Shown: one piece after another, positions 26,638 to 32,854 of the stretch | Position numbering within the stretch: the first letter of the stretch is position 1 | Layout of the letters: each line of letters begins with the position of its first letter | DNA from: Reyranella sp. | Lineage (GTDB): Bacteria; Pseudomonadota; Alphaproteobacteria; Reyranellales; Reyranellaceae | Direction: 5' to 3' | NCBI GenBank assembly: GCA_044377795.1 | Contig: JBILYJ010000001.1 | Location: forward strand, 1-40,506 | Length of the DNA stretch: 40,506 bases | Notes under the pieces: generated by a model | What the model was told of the DNA's origin: nothing | The model's database searches: none | The model's input: only the letters and a program-made list of their open reading frames with translations | Program-made: the position numbers and the translations under genes

Positions 26638-28041
26638 TTACCAGCAGACCCCGCGATAGCCCGGCTGCTCCTGGACGGCCGCCGGCAGGCGGACCAGATC
26701 GATGACGGTGCTGTCGGGATGACGCGCCTCGAGAGCGGCGATGAAGTCGGGCGTGCCGTGCGACACGACGATCACGTCGCAGGCGCTGACCAGTTCGCCG
26801 GCCGTGTCGGTCAGCAGGTCCGGCAGGACCTGAAGCGCGACCCGGGTCGCGGGATTCGCGGCCTTGAGATAACCGCCAGCCAGGCGGACACCCGCCGTGT
26901 TGACGTTGCGGTCATGCGCCAGGACCTTGTAGCCGGCGTCGATCAGGCGGCCGAGCAGGTCGATCTGCGGGCTCTCGCGCAGGTCGTCGGTGCCGTCCTT
27001 GAAGGTCACGCCCAGCAGGCCGACCCGCTTCGCGCCGGTCTCGGCGATCAGGCGGAAGGCGTGGTCGATGTGCGAGTCGTTGGACCGCAGCAGGCTGTCG
27101 ATCAGCGGAACCTCGACGCCGTTGGCATGGGCGAGGCCGGTGATGGCCCGCACGTCCTTGGGCAGGCACGAGCCGCCGAAGGCGAAGCCGGGCTTGAGAT
27201 AGTACGGCGAGAGGTTCAGCTTCCGGTCCTGCACGAAGATGTCCATGACCTTGTGGCTGTCGACGTCGGCCGACTGGCAGATCTTGCCGATCTCGTTGGC
27301 GAACGCGACCTTCACGGCATGCCAGGTGTTGTCGACGTACTTCACCATCTCGGCCGCCTCGATCGAGGTGCGCAGCATCGGCGCCTCGATGGAGCGGTAG
27401 ACGCGGGCCAGCATCTCGCCGCTGCGCTCGTCATGTTCGCCGATCACCGTCTTGGGCGGCGCGTAGAAGTCGGCGATGGCCACGCCCTCGCGCAGGAACT
27501 CGGGATGGAAGCACAGGCCGAAGTCGCGGCCGCAGCGCTTGCCCGACATACGCTCGATCTCGGGCAGCACGATGCGGCGGGTCGTGCCGGCCGGCACGGT
27601 GCTGCGCACGACGACCAGATGGTAGTCGCTCTTGAGGGCCAGGGCGCTGCCGATCTCGCCGGCGACGGCCTTGAGAGCCGAGAGATCGACGGTGCCGTCC
27701 GCGCGGCTGGGGGTGCCGACGCAGACGAACGTGATGTCGGTCTCGAGCACGCCATCGAGCGCATTGGTGTGGGCGGTGATGAGATCGTCGGCGACGCCGT
27801 CGGTCAGGGCTTCGCCGAGACCCGCTTCGACGATCGGCGAGGAACCGGCGGCGATCTGTTCGACCTTGCTCAGGTCAAGGTCGATGCCGACGACGCGATG
27901 GCCCAGCTGCGCGAAGCAGGCGACCGACACGGCGCCGACGTAACCGAGGCCGACGATCGAGATCGACGGCAGCGTGAGCGCTTCGTCGGCGGTCGACACG
28001 GCGGAATTGAGGGTGGTGAAGGTGCGGGTCTCGTAAAGCAT
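26638..28041 (-). CDS. algD: GDP-mannose 6-dehydrogenase
   Basis: GLGYVG, CVGTPS, PEFLREG, KLNLSPYYLKPGFAFGGSCLPKD, TDDLRESP and terminal GVCW resemble AlgD rather than UDP-glucose dehydrogenase. Confidence 0.88.
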   Translation of the reverse strand: MLYETRTFTTLNSAVSTADEALTLPSISIVGLGYVGAVSVACFAQLGHRVVGIDLDLSKVEQIAAGSSPIVEAGLGEALTDGVADDLITAHTNALDGVLETDITFVCVGTPSRADGTVDLSALKAVAGEIGSALALKSDYHLVVVRSTVPAGTTRRIVLPEIERMSGKRCGRDFGLCFHPEFLREGVAIADFYAPPKTVIGEHDERSGEMLARVYRSIEAPMLRTSIEAAEMVKYVDNTWHAVKVAFANEIGKICQSADVDSHKVMDIFVQDRKLNLSPYYLKPGFAFGGSCLPKDVRAITGLAHANGVEVPLIDSLLRSNDSHIDHAFRLIAETGAKRVGLLGVTFKDGTDDLRESPQIDLLGRLIDAGYKVLAHDRNVNTAGVRLAGGYLKAANPATRVALQVLPDLLTDTAGELVSACDVIVVSHGTPDFIAALEARHPDSTVIDLVRLPAAVQEQPGYRGVCW

Positions 28042-28089
28042 GGCGTTTCTCCAAGAGGGCGGCCGGTATTGGCCTGTGCCAACCCCTTC

Positions 28090-28104
28090 CCAAGACGCGT
28101 GCCA
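28090..28104 (-). promoter_or_regulatory. Putative sigma54 promoter of the algD operon (-12 variant)
   Basis: TGGC-ACGCGTC-TTGG has correct -24/-12 spacing, with GG in place of GC at -12. Confidence 0.55.
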
Positions 28105-28132
28105 ACCGTGCCAAGAGGAGAAAACGTCGATA

Positions 28133-28145
28133 ATTCAATGACTTA
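28133..28145 (+). promoter_or_regulatory. IHF-like site
   Basis: ATTCAA-TGAC-TTA versus WATCAA-N4-TTR, in an AT-rich patch between the promoter and the enhancer boxes. Confidence 0.45.
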
Positions 28146-28169
28146 AGAAATTGGCTCCAAGCGCAATCG

Positions 28170-28232
28170 TCGCGAATTGCAAATCGCGGCGGGCCGGCCG
28201 GCGCGTCGCGCTTCGCAGGTTGCAAATCGCGC
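28170..28232. promoter_or_regulatory. Paired LuxO-type enhancer boxes upstream of algD
   Basis: TCGCG-AAT-TGCAA (28170-28182) and TCGCA-GGT-TGCAA (28213-28225). Each overlaps a direct repeat TTGCAAATCGCG. Confidence 0.6.
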
Positions 28233-28242
28233 CGCGCGAAGG

Positions 28243-29661
28243 TCAGGCCAAGTCGGCCTGCCAGGCCTGGATTCGACGATAGAGGGTCGAGGGGCTGACC
28301 TGCAGCGCAGCCGCCGCCTTGGGGATGTTGCCGTCGCACTGTGCGATGGCGCGCTCGATGGTCCGGCGCACGATCGCATCGAGAGGTTCGATGGGCATCG
28401 TCGCTTCCGGAAGCGAAGCTGCGATGGATCGAGCTCCCGTCACCGGCACGCCCCCGACGCCACCCTGGAAAGAGCGCGGAAGCATGTCGATTTCCACGGT
28501 TTCGCCCTCGTTCAGCACCACGACGTTGCGGACCGTGTTTTGCAGTTCGCGAACGTTGCCCGGCCAGCCATAGCCGAGCAGCACCGCCTCGACGGCCGGC
28601 GAGAAGGCGGTGAACTTCTTGCCGTCCTCGACGGAGAACTGCCGCAGGAAGTGCCGGGCGATCAGCAGCACGTCATGGTCGCGCTCGCGCAGCGGCGGGA
28701 GATCGACCGGGATGACGTTGAGGCGATAGAAAAGGTCCTCGCGGAAGCGTCCGGCCGCAACTTCCTCCTGGGGATCGCGATTGGTGGCGCAGACGATGCG
28801 CACGTCGACCGGGCGGGGCTTGTCCTCGCCGACGCGTTGTACGGTACCGGTCTGCAGGAATCGCAGCATCTTGGCCTGCAGACCGAGATCCATCTCGCAG
28901 ATCTCGTCGAGGAACAGCGTGCCGCCACTGGCCTGCAGAGCGGCGCCGGCGCGGTCGGCGGTCGCTCCGGTGAAAGAGCCCTTGGCGTGGCCGAATACCT
29001 CGCTCTCCAGCAGATCGCGCGGGATGGCCGCGCAGTTGATGGCGACGAAGGGCTTCTCGCGTCTTCGGCTGAGTTTGTGCAGGGCGTCGGCGCAAAGTTC
29101 CTTGCCGGTGCCGCTCTCGCCGGTCACGAACACGGTCGCCTTGCTCGCGGCCGCGTTCTGCAGGATGCGATAGATCGATTGCATGACCATCGACTGGCCG
29201 ATGAAGCTGCAGAAGCGGTCGCGCCCGGTCTCCTCCTGGATGGCGGCAACCTGGGATTCGAGCTTGCGACGCTGCAGGGCGTTTCGCACGGTGATGCGCA
29301 GACGGTCGGCACTGAAGGGCTTGGTCAGGAAGTCGAGGGCGCCTTCCTTCATGGATTCGACCGCCAGCCGGACAGAGGCCTGTCCGGTTACGATCACGAC
29401 CTCGGTCGGCAATCCCCGGCTGCGGACCTCACGCAGCAGATCTATTCCGTTCATATCGGGAAGATTGACGTCCAGAACCAGGACATCGGGAGGCAGGACG
29501 GTGATGGCAGCAAGCGCCAGCTTGCCGTTGCCGAAAATCTCCACGCTGCAGTTCTCGCTCTTGAGATACTCGGCGTAGGTCTCGGCCAGGGCCGGCGCAT
29601 CCTCGACGATCAAGACCCTGCCGCGCGTGTTCTGCACGGGGCCCCCTTCCCCTGTTCTCAT
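28243..29661 (-). CDS. luxO: LuxO-like sigma54-dependent response regulator (REC-AAA+-Fis HTH)
   Basis: REC Asp intact (LVLDVNLPD), FIGQS linker, SKATVFVTGESGTGKELCA, GSFTGA, LFLDEICEMDL. C-terminal CDGNIPKAAAALQVSPSTLYRRIQAW closely resembles Vibrio LuxO. Alternative GTG start at 29637. Confidence 0.8.
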   Translation of the reverse strand: MRTGEGGPVQNTRGRVLIVEDAPALAETYAEYLKSENCSVEIFGNGKLALAAITVLPPDVLVLDVNLPDMNGIDLLREVRSRGLPTEVVIVTGQASVRLAVESMKEGALDFLTKPFSADRLRITVRNALQRRKLESQVAAIQEETGRDRFCSFIGQSMVMQSIYRILQNAAASKATVFVTGESGTGKELCADALHKLSRRREKPFVAINCAAIPRDLLESEVFGHAKGSFTGATADRAGAALQASGGTLFLDEICEMDLGLQAKMLRFLQTGTVQRVGEDKPRPVDVRIVCATNRDPQEEVAAGRFREDLFYRLNVIPVDLPPLRERDHDVLLIARHFLRQFSVEDGKKFTAFSPAVEAVLLGYGWPGNVRELQNTVRNVVVLNEGETVEIDMLPRSFQGGVGGVPVTGARSIAASLPEATMPIEPLDAIVRRTIERAIAQCDGNIPKAAAALQVSPSTLYRRIQAWQADLA

Positions 29662-29705
29662 ACCTCCTAGTTAGTCTATTGCAGCGGGGCGGGCCAGCGG
29701 GTCCG

Positions 29706-30266
29706 TTACACGGTTTGGCGAGCCCGATGCATGACCGCAAGGCCGAGAGCCGTCGCATGCGGCATAAGATTGAAACCGCCTTGGCCGACATGCAGGGCAA
29801 GCTGGTCGAATGGCAACAGCAGGCGCCGGGCGCCCTCGAGGTCTGTTTCGGTCGGGGTGCCGGTCAGCCGCGCTTCCGTACCATAGAACATGTGTGCTTT
29901 GGCGCAGCGCTGATTGCCGTTCACGACGAACGAGCCGAGCGATACGATTTCGCCGCACTCGAACCCGGTCTCCTCGCGCAGCTCGCGGCGTGCAGCCACT
30001 TCGGGATCTTCGCCGGGCTCGAGCAGGCCGCCCGGGAATGTGAGACACGGGCGCCTGGCACCGTGCTTGTAGCCGCGAAGCATTACGGCGCAGTCGTCGG
30101 CGGTCAGGGCGACCAGGACGACGAAATCCGGCAGGGCGACCTGGAAATAGTCGTCGATCTCGCGCCCGTCGGGCAGCAGGACCCGTTCTCGCCACACCGA
30201 CAGGCGCGGACCGGCGTCGAAGGCCAACGAACGATCGAGGACGCGCCAGGCGGAGTCGGCACACAT
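29706..30266 (-). CDS. NUDIX hydrolase (ADP-ribose/NDP-sugar pyrophosphatase type)
   Basis: Nudix box GGLLEPGEDPEVAARRELREETG, with upstream VLLPDGREI and YKHG. Confidence 0.85.
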   Translation of the reverse strand: MCADSAWRVLDRSLAFDAGPRLSVWRERVLLPDGREIDDYFQVALPDFVVLVALTADDCAVMLRGYKHGARRPCLTFPGGLLEPGEDPEVAARRELREETGFECGEIVSLGSFVVNGNQRCAKAHMFYGTEARLTGTPTETDLEGARRLLLPFDQLALHVGQGGFNLMPHATALGLAVMHRARQTV

Positions 30267-30324
30267 GGAAATCTCTTTCAGGAAGTGGCCCGGCGACGCA
30301 GAGCGCCGCCGGGTCTGGACCAGA

Positions 30325-32223
30325 TCAGATGATGAAGATGTCGTGACCGATATTGGCCAGCATGTCCTGCGGGCCCTTCAGAGTGGCAATGTCGATGGAC
30401 TCGCCCTTGTGGATGTCGAGCACGATATGCAGGCCGTTGTCTTCCATGACGAAGGAGATGTCCTTCGCTCCGTGCTTCAGCATGTAGGCAGACACGTCGA
30501 TGCGGTCGCGTCCGACTTCGAAGTCGTTGATCAGGTCGCCGGGGGACTTGCTGTCGGCCGGCAGGAAGACGAACGTGTCGTTTCCGGCGCCGCCCGAGAG
30601 CGAATCCTTGCCCTCACCGCCGATCAGCACGTCGTCCCCGCTGCCGCCCTTGAGCGTATCGGTTCCCGAGCCGCCGACCAGCCGGTCGTTGCCCGCCCCG
30701 CCGTCCAGCGTGTCGTTGCCGGCACCGCCATCCAGAGCATCGTTGCCGGAGCTTCCGGACAGCTTGTCGTTGCCCATGCCGCCGGCCAGCTTGTCGTCGC
30801 CGGTACCGCCGTCGAGCGTGTCGTTGCCGTTGCCGCCATCGAGCACGTCGTTGCCCGCTCCGCCCGACAGGGCGTCGTTGCCCTCGTCGCCGCTCAGCGT
30901 GTCCTTGCCGTCGCCGCCCGCGAGCTTGTCATCGCCCGTGCCGCCAGCCAGCACGTCGTTGCCGGAGCCGCCGTCGAGGCTGTCATTGCCCGAGCCGCCA
31001 TCCAGCGAGTCATCGCCCGCCCCGCCGCTCAGCGCGTCGTTCCCGGCATCGCCCAGCAGCTTGTCCTGACCGTCGCCGCCCAGGAGCTTGTCGTTGCCCG
31101 AGCCACCGTTCAGCAAGTCGTCGCCCGATCCACCGTCCAGGAGGTCGTCGCCGGCTTCGCCATAAAGCGTGTCGTTGCCGGCCTCGCCGTAGAGCTTGTC
31201 GTTGCCCGAGCCACCGGAAGCCACGTCGTCGCCGGTGCCGCCGTAGAGCGTGTCGTTGCCGGCATCACCCTGGAGCTTGTCGTCGCCGGCGCGGCCGTAG
31301 AGCGTGTCGTCGCCGTCTCCACCCGAAATGTTGTCGTTTTCCGTACCCGGAACGTAGGGCTTGGCCGAGCCGCTCCCCGCCGACTGCGAATCGCCTTCCG
31401 GCGCCCCCGTCTTGCCGTGCGCGTTCAGGACCTTCACGTTGGCGGTGCCGATGTCGATGGTGATGACCGAATCGTCGAAATCGCGGTCGCCGCCGCCCTT
31501 GAGGTCCTCGAAGCCGATACGCACGATGCCCTTGGCGGCATCGACCGTGCCGACCGTGTGCAGGATGCCGTCATTGTTCAGCGGAAGCGTCTTGGCGTAG
31601 GCGGCGCTGTGATACGGGTCGCCCTTGACCTGGACCGCCTTGCCGTCGTCACCGACGAACCAGACCTTGGGATTGACCGAGGTCAGCGTTGCGACCTTGC
31701 CGTCGGCATCGCGGAATTCGAAGCGACCGTTGGCCATCTTCGAAAAGTCGTTCTGCGACGCGCCGTTGGACACGACGAAGAAGCCGATCTGGTCACCGGC
31801 ACGCAGATCGAGCGGCTTGCTGTCACCGGACGACAGGTTGCCGCCGCTGCCCTTGAGGCTGGCGTTCGCCCACAGCACCTGGACGTCGGCGATCTTGCCG
31901 TCGACGACCTTGTACCAGCCGAGCGTGTTCAGGTAGCCCGCGGTCTCGCCATTGAATATGACCGCGCCCTTGTAGTCCTGATCGACCACCAGGCGGTCGA
32001 GCCTGGCGATGGAGGGGCCGGAACCGCCGCCGTACAGCACGTCGTTGCCGGTCTGGCCCGACAGCATATCGTTGCCGCGGCCGCCATAGGCGACATCGTT
32101 GCCGCTATTGGCATAAACCGCGTCGTTGCCCTGTCGGGCGAGGAACAGCTCGTCGATCGAGCCTCCTTTGAGGGTGTCGTCCTTTATCGTCCCGACGACG
32201 GGGCTCTGCATGAACTCAGACAC
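30325..32223 (-). CDS. Secreted RTX Ca-binding protein with DUF4114-like domain
   Basis: N-terminal RTX repeats, then ETAGYLNTLGWY...GFEDLKGGGDRDFDDSV (DUF4114-like), about 28 consecutive GGxGxDxLx nonapeptides and a DLINDFEVGRDRID type-I-secretion-type tail. GTG 32223 has an RBS; alternatives are 32229 and 32211. Confidence 0.85.
   Translation of the reverse strand: MSEFMQSPVVGTIKDDTLKGGSIDELFLARQGNDAVYANSGNDVAYGGRGNDMLSGQTGNDVLYGGGSGPSIARLDRLVVDQDYKGAVIFNGETAGYLNTLGWYKVVDGKIADVQVLWANASLKGSGGNLSSGDSKPLDLRAGDQIGFFVVSNGASQNDFSKMANGRFEFRDADGKVATLTSVNPKVWFVGDDGKAVQVKGDPYHSAAYAKTLPLNNDGILHTVGTVDAAKGIVRIGFEDLKGGGDRDFDDSVITIDIGTANVKVLNAHGKTGAPEGDSQSAGSGSAKPYVPGTENDNISGGDGDDTLYGRAGDDKLQGDAGNDTLYGGTGDDVASGGSGNDKLYGEAGNDTLYGEAGDDLLDGGSGDDLLNGGSGNDKLLGGDGQDKLLGDAGNDALSGGAGDDSLDGGSGNDSLDGGSGNDVLAGGTGDDKLAGGDGKDTLSGDEGNDALSGGAGNDVLDGGNGNDTLDGGTGDDKLAGGMGNDKLSGSSGNDALDGGAGNDTLDGGAGNDRLVGGSGTDTLKGGSGDDVLIGGEGKDSLSGGAGNDTFVFLPADSKSPGDLINDFEVGRDRIDVSAYMLKHGAKDISFVMEDNGLHIVLDIHKGESIDIATLKGPQDMLANIGHDIFII
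30567..31323 (-). repeat. 27-bp coding tandem repeats (RTX nonapeptides)
   Basis: About 28 degenerate GGxGxDxLx units counted in the translation. Boundaries approximate. Confidence 0.85.
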
Positions 32224-32243
32224 GATCAATCTCTTTCAAAAGG

Positions 32244-32280
32244 GCGCGCGCCGTTTTCCCGCCCCGAAAGGAGCGCGCGC
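32244..32280 (-). other. Intergenic stem-loop ahead of the RTX gene RBS
   Basis: GCGCGCGC...GCGCGCGC stem with an inner TTTC/GAAA pair, followed by CCTTTT on the minus strand. Confidence 0.45.
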
Positions 32281-32317
32281 GGTTCAGGAACGAATGGGGC
32301 GATGGCCGAGGGCCGGA

Positions 32318-32692
32318 TCAGACCCGGCCGTAGACGTCGTCGAAGCGCTCGATATCGTCTTCGCCGACATAGTCACCGCACTGGACCTCGATCAGCACCA
32401 GCGGCCGATCCGTGCGATTGGTCAGACGATGGATCGCCCGCAAGGGGATGTAGACGGACTGGTCCGGCTGCAGTTCACGCTCCGCGCCGTCGACCTCGAC
32501 GATCGCGGTACCCTGGACCACGACCCAGTGCTCGGCGCGCCGCGTATGGCGCTGGCGCGAAAGGCTGCCGCCCGGGGCGACGACGATCCGCTTGACCTGG
32601 TATCCAGGATCGGCGGCAATCGATTCGTAGGCTCCCCAGGGCCGCACGACCGGCGTGGCGAGAGAGCGATGTTCAACGGCGCTGGCTTGCAT
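32318..32692 (-). CDS. Stand-alone type II mannose-6-phosphate isomerase cupin domain (C-terminal half of ManC/AlgA)
   Basis: RPWG, QVKRIVV, LSRQRHTRRAEHWVVVQG, IEVQCGDYVGEDDIERFDDVYGR. ATG 32692 with a GAGGA RBS. Confidence 0.88.
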   Translation of the reverse strand: MQASAVEHRSLATPVVRPWGAYESIAADPGYQVKRIVVAPGGSLSRQRHTRRAEHWVVVQGTAIVEVDGAERELQPDQSVYIPLRAIHRLTNRTDRPLVLIEVQCGDYVGEDDIERFDDVYGRV

Positions 32693-32725
32693 GGTGTCCT
32701 CGCGAGATGTGGCGAGGTGCCAGAC

Positions 32726-32741
32726 TGCAACCGCCAGGCCA
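32726..32741 (-). promoter_or_regulatory. sigma54 promoter of the cupin-RTX-NUDIX-(luxO) unit
   Basis: TGGC-CTGGCGG-TTGCA has exact GG-N10-GC spacing, about 35 bp upstream of ATG 32692. Confidence 0.7.
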
Positions 32742-32808
32742 GCGGACCGCAAGTCGTCAGAACGTTGAAAACAAACGACAATTGGCGGAGCACCCCGGAA
32801 TTCGGCCA

Positions 32809-32850
32809 TCGCGTTTTGCAACGGGGCCGCCCGGTCTTCGCGAATTGCGA
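32809..32850. promoter_or_regulatory. Paired LuxO-type enhancer boxes upstream of the cupin gene
   Basis: TCGCG-TTT-TGCAA (32809-32821) and TCGCG-AAT-TGCGA (32838-32850). Confidence 0.6.
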
Positions 32851-32854
32851 CGCG

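Noticed and set aside
29662-29705. qrr-like sRNA beside luxO
   Set aside because: The gap is only 44 bp, with no divergent sigma54 promoter or terminator.
30567-31323. Periodic 27-bp repeats as a CRISPR array
   Set aside because: They are degenerate in-frame RTX codons with no unique spacers, and no cas genes are present.
30325-32223. AlgE-type secreted mannuronan epimerase or RTX toxin
   Set aside because: No beta-helix A-module, pore-forming hydrophobic domain or acyltransferase gene is recognisable.
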